64,000 bases of DNA from Nostoc sp. (GCA_036918135.1 JBALDB010000001.1:128001-192000), one strand, 5' to 3'; shown: positions 10,405 to 20,578, counted from the stretch's first letter. The notes: a model not told the origin generated them from the letters alone. Numbers and translations: made by a program.

Positions 10405-12174
10405 TTAGACAACCGCAAAGTTGTTTTTGGTTAGTGACACCCCAGCAGATAGTTGTGCAATTTGTACTTGAGTAAATGCACTCGCACTACCATCTTGGTC
10501 AAAGTACAGGGCACCTGTAGTATTGTCATAGATAAATCGTTGAGCGATCGTTGTTGCAGATGCTCCTTGGGTAAATTGACTAGCTGAAAGTGAAGGTGTT
10601 GATAAACCGCCACCAAAACCAGCAGCCAATACCTGAATGCGTTCATTAGTGGCGTTGAAGTCATAAAGAATATCAACGCCATCATTGAAACTATTGAAAA
10701 CAAAGGTATCAGTACCATTGCCTCCATAAAGGGTATCATTACCGTTCCCACTTGTGAGGATGTCATTCCCATTGCCACCATCAAGGGTGTTACTCCCTAA
10801 GGCGGCTATGGCAGAGAGAATATCATTGCCATTACCCCCAGACAGTAGGTTATCGCCTTTTGAATAGTCAATACTCAAGGTATCATTACCAGCACCACCA
10901 TTGAGGGTGTTATTGCCAGACATAATATAGTAGTAGCCTTCGTAGTAGTAGCCAGAGCCACTAAGAGAATCATTGCCATCGCCTCCGAAGAGTAGGTTAT
11001 CGCCTGTTGAATAGTCAATATTTAAGGTATCGTCACCACTACCACCATTGAGGGTGTTATTGCCAGAGGCGGCATCGCCTCCGTAGATGAAGTCATAGGA
11101 GCCAGACGCACTAAGAGAATCATTGCCACTACCCCCAGAGAGCAGGTTATCCCCTGTTGAAAAGCTAGCATCCAAGGTATCGTCATCAACACCACCGTTG
11201 AGGGTATTATTGCCTAAGAATATACTGGCGCTGAAACCATAGGGATAGGAGGGATTATTAGAGGCACTAAGAGTATCATTGCCATCGCCCCCAGAGAGTA
11301 ATTTATCGCCTGTTGAATTGTCAACATTTAAGATATCGTCACCAGCACCACCGTTGAGGGTGTTATTGCCTGAGGCGGGATTGGGGTACTCGCCGGAGGC
11401 ACTAATAGTATCATTGCCATCGTCCCCAGAGAGTAAGTTATCGCCTGTTGAATGGTCAACATTCAAGTTATCGTCACTAGCACCACTGTTGAGGGTGTTA
11501 TTCCCACTACCATCACGCAGCAGGTCGTTGCCACTCTTACCGTTGATGTAGTCATTACCGCCCTGACCATTAATTACATCATCTGAGTTGTCAAAGCCGT
11601 TGACATTGTTATTCAGGTCATTAAGGAAGGTAACTGTGTTTTCATTGAAGATAGTGGTTTGGGTGGAATTGGCATTAAAGACATCAAAGCTATCTTGAAT
11701 GCTAGTTTGCCCATCAAACAGAATATTGTCCAAGTCTACACTGGCTCCAGTAGATTTGCGGAGGTTATCCAGGTTTTCCAGGGTAAAGTTTTGCAGGATG
11801 ACTTTGGTATTAGCAACTTCTTCAAAGGCAATCTCTAGATTACTACCGTTCTGAGTAAACAGCAGATTTCGCGCACTTAACCCTGCGCCTTGGAATATCA
11901 GTGTATCCACTTCGGTAATGACTGCTGCTGTCGGGTTTGTTTCTGTACCCACACCACCGAAATCCACGATTGCATCTGTGCCGTCGTCTAAGTTGTAAAC
12001 AAATTTATCTTCACCACCACCACCAGTTAAGGTGTCGTTACCTTGATTACCTGTGATGCGATCGCTCCCTGCCAGACCGTTAATTATGTCTGCTAAGTCA
12101 CTGCCTATTAGCGTATCATTACCATTAGTACCATTGAGAGACGAGAGGTTGAAAACTGCTGTATTTGATGCCAT
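10405..12174 (-). CDS. RTX/hemolysin-type calcium-binding repeat protein, likely type I secreted
   Basis: Many GGxGxDxL nonapeptides; C-terminal RFIYDNTTGALYFDQDG domain; no N-terminal signal peptide. Confidence 0.9.
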   Translation of the reverse strand: MASNTAVFNLSSLNGTNGNDTLIGSDLADIINGLAGSDRITGNQGNDTLTGGGGEDKFVYNLDDGTDAIVDFGGVGTETNPTAAVITEVDTLIFQGAGLSARNLLFTQNGSNLEIAFEEVANTKVILQNFTLENLDNLRKSTGASVDLDNILFDGQTSIQDSFDVFNANSTQTTIFNENTVTFLNDLNNNVNGFDNSDDVINGQGGNDYINGKSGNDLLRDGSGNNTLNSGASDDNLNVDHSTGDNLLSGDDGNDTISASGEYPNPASGNNTLNGGAGDDILNVDNSTGDKLLSGGDGNDTLSASNNPSYPYGFSASIFLGNNTLNGGVDDDTLDASFSTGDNLLSGGSGNDSLSASGSYDFIYGGDAASGNNTLNGGSGDDTLNIDYSTGDNLLFGGDGNDSLSGSGYYYEGYYYIMSGNNTLNGGAGNDTLSIDYSKGDNLLSGGNGNDILSAIAALGSNTLDGGNGNDILTSGNGNDTLYGGNGTDTFVFNSFNDGVDILYDFNATNERIQVLAAGFGGGLSTPSLSASQFTQGASATTIAQRFIYDNTTGALYFDQDGSASAFTQVQIAQLSAGVSLTKNNFAVV

Positions 12175-12280
12175 TGTTGTTGATTCCTCTTTTTGTTTCC
12201 TAATCAGAATAATGAGCTAATGTCATATAGCAGCAGGGCTAGAGCCACTCACTAATAGTAAATATTTTTGCCAAAATAAC

Positions 12281-12374
12281 TATAGCTTTTCCTAAGCAAA
12301 TGAGGTACACCAAAATTTTTTGGACAAGCTTAGTGGCTTTGAAAACGTACCTTACCAGATTGGGAACCGCTATA
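12281..12374. mobile_element. MITE with TATAGC termini (IS630-like ends)
   Basis: TATAGCTTTTCCTAAGCAAATGAGGTAC ... GTACCTTACCAGATTGGGAACCGCTATA imperfect inverted ends. Confidence 0.6.
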
Positions 12375-13161
12375 ATGAACAACTATTAGTTTATCCCTCT
12401 TTTTTTGATTCTCATTAAAGAATATTTAAAATCGGTTCAAAGCAAAGATTTTTTTGCTTTAGTGAGTAAGTGAGGCTTGTAAAAAATTCAAATTCAACAT
12501 CTTATTTTTATCTCATCAGAGTTATAAAAGCTGTTTACGGGCATAGTCTGTAATGGAGATCGAGAAATATTTTTAGTTTCTTTAAAGAACGTTATACAGT
12601 TGACTCATATTTACAATTTAAAAATTTATATCGGATTTTAAATCTCGTCCATTTTGAAAAGAAGGAGTAGTACAGCTACAAAAACCCGCTAGTACCAGGT
12701 GGAAGCCAAATGCTCCCACTACTATTAGATAGGAGCATCTTGCTCTCACTATTTTGAAAAAGTTTAATTTTCAAAATAGATATATTTATGTCTAAATAGA
12801 GGTAATTTAATACATTAATAAAAATTAGTTAAATTCTATAACAATCCTAAATTATTTATGAAAAAATCATATTCATGAAGCTTGCTCAAGTCAAATATTT
12901 GACTTCGATTTCAAGTAAAATAATGAATTGATATTGATATAGTGAAATAAACAGGCTTTCGCTCACTGGTTTGTCTTGAAGATGAGTTAGTCTAAGGGAC
13001 TTCCAATTTTTTTCTCTGGAGAGAGTGATAATATTTGCCAATCAATATTACGATCGCTGTGCGAACCACCTTGATTTCCATGATGAGAATCTTAGAAGCA
13101 AGTCTCTGAGAAACGAGGTTAATAAATGCTTGAAAGCAGGTATAGCAAAGTGCCCAATTAG

Positions 13162-13647
13162 TTATTTTACCTGGTCTCCCCCTGCTCTGGCTGCTCGCTC
13201 CTGTGTCAAACTATCAATAGCATCACCCAAGGCAGTAGTCAGACTTTTGCGAGTTTGAGCGTGGTTTTCCTGCTCAGTTTTCAAGGCTTGCAAGAGGCGA
13301 TCGCGTTCTTTGATTGCAGCAATCAGTTTAGATTGTAATTCCTCCACAGATTGTGACTGTTCTATTTCTTGTTGGATAGCTGTGACTGGTGTATCAGCGA
13401 GTGTTCCTGTCTCCAAGCCTTGGAATTTATGTAAATCTGCCTTCAAAGATGCGATCGCCTGTTGGGACAATTGGGCATCTGTGCGTCGTTGTTCTGCTTC
13501 TGTGTTGTAAAGCTGACGCCATTTTTGGGCACTTTCCCAAGCAGCATCGCGATCGTGTTGAAGTTCCGCCATCTGCTGTTTGAGTGTCTGAATTTCTGTC
13601 AACCACTGCTGTGTTAAAGCTGTCCCTTGATTAGCATTTTCAACCAT
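13162..13647 (-). CDS. Hypothetical coiled-coil protein
   Basis: 161 aa, Q/E/L-rich heptads; W..LY.TEAEQRR and LTTALGDAID motifs. Confidence 0.8.
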   Translation of the reverse strand: MVENANQGTALTQQWLTEIQTLKQQMAELQHDRDAAWESAQKWRQLYNTEAEQRRTDAQLSQQAIASLKADLHKFQGLETGTLADTPVTAIQQEIEQSQSVEELQSKLIAAIKERDRLLQALKTEQENHAQTRKSLTTALGDAIDSLTQERAARAGGDQVK

Positions 13648-13650
13648 ATA

Positions 13651-13703
13651 ACTGTTAACTGATAACTGTTGACTGTTGACTGTTAACCGTCAACCGTCAA
13701 CAG
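13651..13703. repeat. STRR-type heptamer array with inverted halves
   Basis: ACTGTTA/ACTGTTG x5 followed by ACCGTCA x2. Confidence 0.8.
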
Positions 13704-13786
13704 CTTAACTGAAAATTATTGTAACCAGAAGCACTATCAACCGGATTGTGTCATAATTCGATTTTATAATTTTCAAGTCTCTATTT

Positions 13787-15142
13787 ATGCCTTGTTCTGC
13801 CACCCTTGCTCAACTGGTCGAAGTTCTTTTGGCTCGTCCTGTAAACTTAGATGATACTGGTTTAACACAAGTCAGTAACGGTATACAAACAGATACGCGT
13901 ATCCTGAAACTGGGTGAAGTGTTTGTGGCTTTACGAGGCGATAAGTTTGATGGACATGAATTTGTACCAGCAGCGATCGCTAAGGGTGCAATAGCTGCAA
14001 TTGTAGATATGGAATACAAAAATCCTGGATTTCCTGTATTGCAGGTATCAGATACCCTCAAGGCGTATCAGAAAATTGGCAGATGGTGGCGCGATCGCTT
14101 TGAGATTCCTGTAATTGGGGTTACAGGTTCTGTAGGCAAAACTACTACTAAAGAATTAATTGCGGCAGTTTTAGGAACAAAAGGAGCAGTTCACAAAACT
14201 CATGGCAATTACAATAACGAAATCGGTGTCCCAAAAACTCTCCTAGAACTGGGTACAGAACATGACTACGCCGTGATTGAAATGGCGATGCGCGGTAGGG
14301 GACAAATTGCCGAACTCACACAAATAGCGCGTCCTAATATTGGAGTGATTACCAATGTGGGGACGGCACATATTGAGTTATTGGGTTCCGAAGAAGCAAT
14401 TGCCGAGGCCAAATGTGAGTTATTAGCCGAAATGCCTGCTGATGGTGTAGCAATTCTCAATTACGACAATCCTCTATTAATGACCACGGCAGCGAAATTT
14501 TGGACAGGAGAAGTCATAACTTACGGCTTTTCCGGTGGGGATATTCCAGGACTATTAATTAATAACGAAACTGTAGAAGTTGCAGGAATCCAACTGCCTT
14601 TACCCTTACTTGGTCGTCACAATGCGACTAATTTCTTAGCGGCTTTAGCGGTGGCAAAAGTTTTGGGAATTGACTGGGCAAGTTTGAAAGCAGGCGTGGT
14701 GGTGGATATGCCGACAGGCCGATCGCAGCGGTTTAGTTTGCCCAACGATGTAGTAATCTTAGATGAGACATATAATGCTGCACCAGAAGCGATGTTAGCA
14801 GCATTGCAATTATTGGCGGACACACCAGGAAAGCGAAAAATTGCCGTCTTGGGTGCAATGAAAGAATTAGGAGAGCGCTCCCCACAGTTGCACCAACGAG
14901 TAGGAGAAACAGTCCAAAAGTTGAATTTAGACGGCTTGTTGGTGTTGGTAGATGGAGAAGATGCCGAAGCGATCGCCAAAAGTGCCGAAGGTATTCCATC
15001 AGAGTGCTTTGCAACTCATGGGGAATTGGTGGCGAGATTGAAGACATTTGTACAAGCAGGCGATCGTTTACTGTTCAAAGCCGCACATTCAGTGGGACTA
15101 GATCGGGTTGTTAATCAGTTACGTGCAGAATATCTCAAATGA
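13787..15142 (+). CDS. murF: UDP-N-acetylmuramoyl-tripeptide--D-alanyl-D-alanine ligase
   Basis: DTR..FVALRG.FDGH, GVTGSVGKTTTKE P-loop, NNEIGVP, DETYNA, LGAMKELG. Confidence 0.96.
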   Translation: MPCSATLAQLVEVLLARPVNLDDTGLTQVSNGIQTDTRILKLGEVFVALRGDKFDGHEFVPAAIAKGAIAAIVDMEYKNPGFPVLQVSDTLKAYQKIGRWWRDRFEIPVIGVTGSVGKTTTKELIAAVLGTKGAVHKTHGNYNNEIGVPKTLLELGTEHDYAVIEMAMRGRGQIAELTQIARPNIGVITNVGTAHIELLGSEEAIAEAKCELLAEMPADGVAILNYDNPLLMTTAAKFWTGEVITYGFSGGDIPGLLINNETVEVAGIQLPLPLLGRHNATNFLAALAVAKVLGIDWASLKAGVVVDMPTGRSQRFSLPNDVVILDETYNAAPEAMLAALQLLADTPGKRKIAVLGAMKELGERSPQLHQRVGETVQKLNLDGLLVLVDGEDAEAIAKSAEGIPSECFATHGELVARLKTFVQAGDRLLFKAAHSVGLDRVVNQLRAEYLK

Positions 15143-16004
15143 TACTCCTATAAATCCAACGTCTAATACGCTGGCGATCGTCAAGTTGTACGTTATTTGA
15201 CTTTTGGCCCTAATAACGAAGAAGATATAGCGATCGTCAGATAAGTTAGGACACTAAGTATTTTAACCATAGGTCAATAGTGTTTCAACTTACCTCGACT
15301 AAGCATAGATATAGTTATAATTTGGGGAAAACACAGTTACTGAGTAAAAATTAATTTAAGCATACCAATAAATATAAATGTAGGTTTAAGTAAATTTATT
15401 TTTAGAAAAAACTCTCCTGTAACAATTTATTCGCTTCATCAATCGAGTATTTTTACAAGTAAAAGTTATAAATCTTATCAGAATTGACCTAAATTGAGAC
15501 TTTTCTAACTTAATAAAAATTAACAATATTTTTACTCTTTATCTGAAAAGGCATTAATAATATTAATAATTTTTGTTTTACGTATACTTCAACTGTAATT
15601 ACGTAATATTACTGATTTACAACCGCATATTTACGGGGATGATAGTTGAGTGTTGTTTTCAAAGACATTACTTACAGAGTTTGTAAAAAAAAGACAAAAT
15701 TTATCTACGAATTCCAAAATTGACTGCTAGAACAGTCTTGATTCTAACAAGATACATTTGCCCTCCTAATTTAGTTGAATTAGAATTAGCATCCGAGTAT
15801 GTTAGTAAACTTTATGACAAGTATATACTCAGGACTTTTCTTGAATAAATTGCTGGTAGCCCTAGAAGAAGTCTGTTAGTGTTCGCTCCCTCAGATTGGC
15901 GATCGAGTTTTGAATAACGATATTGCTCAAGCAAGACTCCTCTGATTATCTGGAGATATTGCTATACAGATTCATGTCAAAGAGTAACCTTTAAGGAGTA
16001 ACCG

Positions 16005-17867
16005 ATGAGTCTAAGTCAAACAATTGTAAATGTCGATTCTGAGACTGTCTCTAAAACTTTGTATGATGTCGTCATCGTAGGAACGGGGGTAGCTGGAGCG
16101 ATTGTTGCCAAAGAATTGAGTCAACAGGGCAAGAGAGTTTTAATCCTTGAAGCTACGGTAGAAAAGGATTTAACCCTTACAGGCTTTCAAAATTACGTCG
16201 ATACTTTCTACAAAGCGGTGGAGAAAAATCCCAACTCACCGTATCCCGCTAACCCCAATGTTCAAAGCCCCACTGATTACCAAGACTATTTTATAGAGCA
16301 AGGCCCCATGCCCCTTTCGGGTTCCTACACACGGGTTGTAGGTGGGACAACGATGCACTGGGAAGCAAAAACCCCACGGATGTTACCTGAAGATTTCAAG
16401 TTATTGAGTAACTACGGCCAAGGTCTTGATTGGCCGATTGAGTATAAGGATCTTGAGCCGTACTACCGCAAAGCCGAGTATGAACTAGGGGTTTGTGGGG
16501 ACGTAGAGGAGCAAAAAAAACTAGGCGTCGAATTTCCTGATGACTATGTTTTTCCTATGGAAAAGCTTCCCCCCTCTTACTTGGATCGAAAAGTGATTGA
16601 GAAAGTTGATGGGACTACAGTTGAACTCTATGGCAAGACTCATACATTAAGCTTCTCTAGTTTTCCTCAAGCTCGCAATGGAGTACCCAATCCTAAATAC
16701 GATGGTGGTAACCGCTTTGTCCCCGATGGAGTTACCAGTGTCCATCCCGTTCAATATGGGGAACGTTGCCAAGGAAACGCAAACTGTGTTCCTATTTGTC
16801 CGGTTCAAGCTAAATATGATGCTCGCAGAACTTTAGCTAAAGCCTTTGCAACCGGTCGGGTTCATGTACTCTACCAAGCCGTGGCTTATCGGGTAGAATA
16901 TAACCGCGAAAACGGTCACATCAGTGCCATTCACTATAAGCGTTATGACAACCCCAACTCTAGTGAGTACACTACAGGAACCGCTAGGGGAACATTATTT
17001 GTCTTAGCGACTAATGCTGTCGAAAACGCTCGGCTATTGCTCGGTTCTGATTTGCCTAACACCAGCGGAACGATTGGGCGGCATTTAATGGATCACCCTT
17101 TCACCTTAGCTTGGGCTTTGATGCCTGAAGTGACTGGCACTATGCGAGGGCCTCTTGTGACATCAGGAATCGGAACATTTCGTAAAGGCGATTTTCGGAA
17201 AACACAATCTGCCTTCGCGGTAGATATTCACAATGATGGTTGGGGATGGGCAACAGGATCGCCCAAGGGTGAAGTCGAAGATGCAGTTGACAACAAAAAC
17301 AAATATGGTCAAGAACTGCGTCAGACATTGATTAGTCGGATTTCACGACAACTGCTGCTAGCTTTTATGTGTGAATTACTCCCCGAATACGGCAACCGAG
17401 TAACCATCGATCCCAGGTACAAAGATAAACTGGGTAATTATCGTCCCGTCATTAACTTCAATCTACCCGACTACAGTCGCAGAACCCTTGCCTACACCAG
17501 AAAAGTCTCTCGTGTAATCTTCGAGCGTTTAGGAGCAGAAGATTTTACTCACTACGATCCTAAAGACCCCGCCTATTTTGAATTTGAGGGTGAAGGTTAC
17601 GTATACAAAGGTGGAAACCACTTTTCGGGAACTCATATCATGGGAACCACGCCATCTAATTCAGTTATTGATAGTCATCTGCGTTGTTGGGATCATCAAA
17701 ATCTTTTCCTAGTCGGTGCAGGAAGTATGCCAACTATTGGCAGTTCAAATACAACATTGACCATTGCTGCGTTGAGTTTCAGAGCTGCCGAGCAGATGCT
17801 TAAAGAATTAAATTCTTATAATTTGCAAACCGATAATTTGCAAACCAGTAATTTGCAAACTATCTAG
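16005..17867 (+). CDS. GMC-family FAD sugar dehydrogenase large subunit with [3Fe-4S]-type Cys motif
   Basis: GTGVAG Rossmann motif, VGGTTMHW, CQGNANCVPICP, LMDH, NHFSGTHIMG, SSNTTLTI; AAGGAG RBS upstream. Confidence 0.9.
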   Translation: MSLSQTIVNVDSETVSKTLYDVVIVGTGVAGAIVAKELSQQGKRVLILEATVEKDLTLTGFQNYVDTFYKAVEKNPNSPYPANPNVQSPTDYQDYFIEQGPMPLSGSYTRVVGGTTMHWEAKTPRMLPEDFKLLSNYGQGLDWPIEYKDLEPYYRKAEYELGVCGDVEEQKKLGVEFPDDYVFPMEKLPPSYLDRKVIEKVDGTTVELYGKTHTLSFSSFPQARNGVPNPKYDGGNRFVPDGVTSVHPVQYGERCQGNANCVPICPVQAKYDARRTLAKAFATGRVHVLYQAVAYRVEYNRENGHISAIHYKRYDNPNSSEYTTGTARGTLFVLATNAVENARLLLGSDLPNTSGTIGRHLMDHPFTLAWALMPEVTGTMRGPLVTSGIGTFRKGDFRKTQSAFAVDIHNDGWGWATGSPKGEVEDAVDNKNKYGQELRQTLISRISRQLLLAFMCELLPEYGNRVTIDPRYKDKLGNYRPVINFNLPDYSRRTLAYTRKVSRVIFERLGAEDFTHYDPKDPAYFEFEGEGYVYKGGNHFSGTHIMGTTPSNSVIDSHLRCWDHQNLFLVGAGSMPTIGSSNTTLTIAALSFRAAEQMLKELNSYNLQTDNLQTSNLQTI

Positions 17868-17991
17868 GGCGTGTCATCAATTAAAATTACGCTCCATCAG
17901 AGAAAGGCTTTGGGCGGTTTGAATCCCAAACCTTCATCAGGGCTGAAGTTCAGCCCTCAATAAGGTTCTGCGGCTATTTGATCATACGCCT
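17867..17991. mobile_element. MITE with IS5-like ends inserted at the GMC stop codon
   Basis: GGGCGTGTCATCAA ... TTGATCATACGCCT imperfect TIRs (3 mismatches), TA on both flanks. Confidence 0.6.
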
Positions 17992-18034
17992 TAGTACCCC
18001 TTATACAGTCGAAAAAACATTGCGAGTAGACGTT

Positions 18035-19135
18035 ATGACTACAGTCTCCGATAGCTTAAAGTTGATTACAACGGTTGACCAATTGAAGTACTATCTCATA
18101 CAGGCAATGAAGATAGAACATGCAACCATTCCTCCTTACATGACAGCACTTTACTCGATTAAACCCGGAACAAATTTAGAAGCTTTCCATATTATCCGGG
18201 CGGTTGCTGTAGAAGAAATGCTACACCTCACTCTCGTGGCTAATGTTTATAATGCGGTGGGAGGAACGTTTGATTCAGGAGTGCTCACGGCACATGATTT
18301 TATTCCTAAATATCCTAGCTATCTACCCACAGGATCTACAGACTTTAAAGTAGGTCTAAGCAAATTTTCCCCAGAGACTGTAGAGACCTTTCGTCAGATT
18401 GAACGGTCGCAACATGTTGAAGAAGATCGCCCATTAGTTGAGTCTCGAACCTTAGAAGAATATTTACTGGAAGTTATAGGCTGCGACCCGACCAAAGCTT
18501 TCTACAGCATTGGCTTATTTTATGCAGAGATCATTCGTGGTCTGAATGCACTCTATAAAGAGAAGGGTTCCGATCTATTTTGTGGCGACCCTAAGCGACA
18601 AATTACCCCCGAATACTACTATAACGGTGGTGGAGACATCATCCCAGTAACCGATCTGCGTTCAGCCATCCGAGCATTAAAAGTAATTCAAGATCAGGGT
18701 GAGGGGTCAAGAAGCGGAACGATCTATGATGCAGAGCGAGAACTAGCCCATGACTATCGTTTTCAGCAAATACTAAAAGGTCAATATTATACAATCGACA
18801 AGGACGATCCGACAAAATCCGACGAACCTGATAATCCTACAGGTGCACACTTTACCGTAGATTGGAACGCAGTTTATCCGATTAAGGATAATGCCAAACT
18901 GAGTGATTATCCCCAGGGATCGGAAGTGCAGGCAGCAGCCTCAGAGTTTCAGTCCGCTTATAGTAGGTTCTTAGCTGATATTCAATATGCTTTTGACGGA
19001 CATCCCGAGCATTTGATTCCCGCAGTTGGGGGAATGTTCCGCCTCAAAGAACAGGCTAATAATTTAATGCGTAACCCCATTCCAGGTAGCCCAGAAGTTC
19101 ATGCGGCTCCTGTTTTTCGGTTAGACCAGCCTTAG
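18035..19135 (+). CDS. Ferritin-like domain protein (family of the VioB/RebD C-terminal ferritin-like domain)
   Basis: IEHATIPPY.TALYSIK, AVEEMLH, SIGLFY, QGEG, AHDYRF motifs. ATG 18035 preferred because the TTG at 17978 lies in the MITE end. Confidence 0.85.
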   Translation: MTTVSDSLKLITTVDQLKYYLIQAMKIEHATIPPYMTALYSIKPGTNLEAFHIIRAVAVEEMLHLTLVANVYNAVGGTFDSGVLTAHDFIPKYPSYLPTGSTDFKVGLSKFSPETVETFRQIERSQHVEEDRPLVESRTLEEYLLEVIGCDPTKAFYSIGLFYAEIIRGLNALYKEKGSDLFCGDPKRQITPEYYYNGGGDIIPVTDLRSAIRALKVIQDQGEGSRSGTIYDAERELAHDYRFQQILKGQYYTIDKDDPTKSDEPDNPTGAHFTVDWNAVYPIKDNAKLSDYPQGSEVQAAASEFQSAYSRFLADIQYAFDGHPEHLIPAVGGMFRLKEQANNLMRNPIPGSPEVHAAPVFRLDQP

Positions 19136-19172
19136 CTAACTTTGATTTGCTTTTTGTGGAGGTAGATAATTG

Positions 19173-19646
19173 ATGGATATTAATGCAGCGGATTTAGAGT
19201 GTTTTCTCGAACTTTCAGTAGTCCTTACAGGTTTTTCCAAGTTTCACTTGCGGGGAACAGGTCTTGCGGAGCTTTATCTTGAAACCATTCAAGACGTGAT
19301 TGGTGGAGATTTGTTTGCAGAACTGTTAACAACTTTTCATAAGTTAGAGGTTGAAAAAACAGCAAACAACGACGAAGCGATCGCCCAAATTTTGGCGTCT
19401 GAAAAATTTGGCCCGATCGCTCGCAATATCATCAAGGTTTGGTATATGGCCACCTGGTATACACTGCCACAATCCTGGCGGGATGTTTATGGAACCAAAG
19501 AAAAAGATGGAACCTTTATTATCAGCCCCCACGCCTATCCAGAAGGACTTTTATGGACTGCAATTGGTGTTAACCCACCTGGCGCGAAAGGCCAGGGATA
19601 CGGGACTTGGAGCGAACCACCTTTAGTCAGCCTAACTAAAAGCTAA
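19173..19646 (+). CDS. Sorbitol/glucose dehydrogenase small (gamma) subunit-like protein
   Basis: FLELSVVLTG, ARNIIKVWY, AYPEGLLW, PPG...YGTWSEPP pattern; GGAGG RBS; no twin-arginine leader. Confidence 0.78.
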   Translation: MDINAADLECFLELSVVLTGFSKFHLRGTGLAELYLETIQDVIGGDLFAELLTTFHKLEVEKTANNDEAIAQILASEKFGPIARNIIKVWYMATWYTLPQSWRDVYGTKEKDGTFIISPHAYPEGLLWTAIGVNPPGAKGQGYGTWSEPPLVSLTKS

Positions 19647-19760
19647 CATCGCTTCTGGGTAGGGGTTAACGATGTTTAGCTTCCCCTGACTCAACCTCTA
19701 AAAAAAGACCCATCTTTGAACCTGACAAAATTGCAAAATTCCTACTTTATAAGACCAAAC

Positions 19761-20429
19761 ATGAGTATTACATCTTGGTTTCGTAGATTGTCTACTATTG
19801 CCGTCTCGATTTTCCTTAGCTTAACGATTTTTACTTTGCCCGCTAAAGCTTTTGTGGCGACAGATTACCAAAAGTTATTTATAACAAACGCTTGTGTTAA
19901 TTGCGATCTATCAGAAGCCGATCTATCGAACAAAGATTTATATGGCAGCACACTTGGTGGGGCAAATCTATCCAAAGCAAATCTCTCTGGAACCCTACTC
20001 AATGATGCAAAGCTTCAAGGAGCTAATCTAACAGGAGCCAATCTATCGGGAGCTATCCTGATGGGAATTACTTTGTCAGATGCAAACCTAACGGGGGCTA
20101 ATCTTTCTCAGGCAGATTTGTATAATGCCCTCCTGAGTAAGACAAAATTGTTAAACGCAGATTTAACCGGTGCAGATCTAACAGAAGCCATTATCTCTGA
20201 TGCAAATTTGTCTAATGCTTTGGGTAAAAATGCAAAGCTAAAAGGAGCAATTCTTTCTCGAGCCAATTTATCGAGTGCAGATTTTTCCAGTAGCTACATG
20301 AGAAATACAAGGTTATCTAATGCCGTTCTTGAGGGAACAAAGTTCTATCAAGCCGATCTATCTAATTCGCTGATGCCTGACGGAACTACTTATAACGGAG
20401 ATGTCTCCAAATTTGGGGCTGCTCAGTGA
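19761..20429 (+). CDS. Exported pentapeptide repeat protein
   Basis: Signal peptide ending PAKA, CVNCDL cap, A(N/D)L(S/T)x repeats, C-terminal MPDG. Confidence 0.92.
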   Translation: MSITSWFRRLSTIAVSIFLSLTIFTLPAKAFVATDYQKLFITNACVNCDLSEADLSNKDLYGSTLGGANLSKANLSGTLLNDAKLQGANLTGANLSGAILMGITLSDANLTGANLSQADLYNALLSKTKLLNADLTGADLTEAIISDANLSNALGKNAKLKGAILSRANLSSADFSSSYMRNTRLSNAVLEGTKFYQADLSNSLMPDGTTYNGDVSKFGAAQ

Positions 20430-20578
20430 AAGTTGAATCCCTATAGTTTCCTTGAATTGAACTAGCAATAATCAGCTTTGATTTTTTTAGCTAATTACTA
20501 CTGATTACAAACACAGTATTAACCTAGCAAAACTCAAATAAAGACATAGAAAATTACATAGATTGGCATAACCAAGCT

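Noticed and set aside
10798..11505. Repeat plus variable spacer pattern resembling CRISPR or a DGR
   Set aside because: Repeats are about 111 bp, degenerate and in-frame within an RTX gene; no cas or reverse transcriptase gene in the window.
13025..13258. 77-aa plus-strand ORF, and similar intergenic ORFs at 8790-8984, 32039-32242 and 51795-52007
   Set aside because: They overlap repeats, MITEs or neighbouring genes, or use weak starts, and show no protein-like features.
17978..18034. TTG start and N-terminal extension of the ferritin-like ORF
   Set aside because: The TTG lies within the MITE terminal repeat; ATG 18035 is more plausible.
18035..19135. Violacein or indolocarbazole biosynthesis
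   Set aside because: Only the stand-alone ferritin-like domain is present; no full-length VioB/RebD and no tryptophan oxidase.
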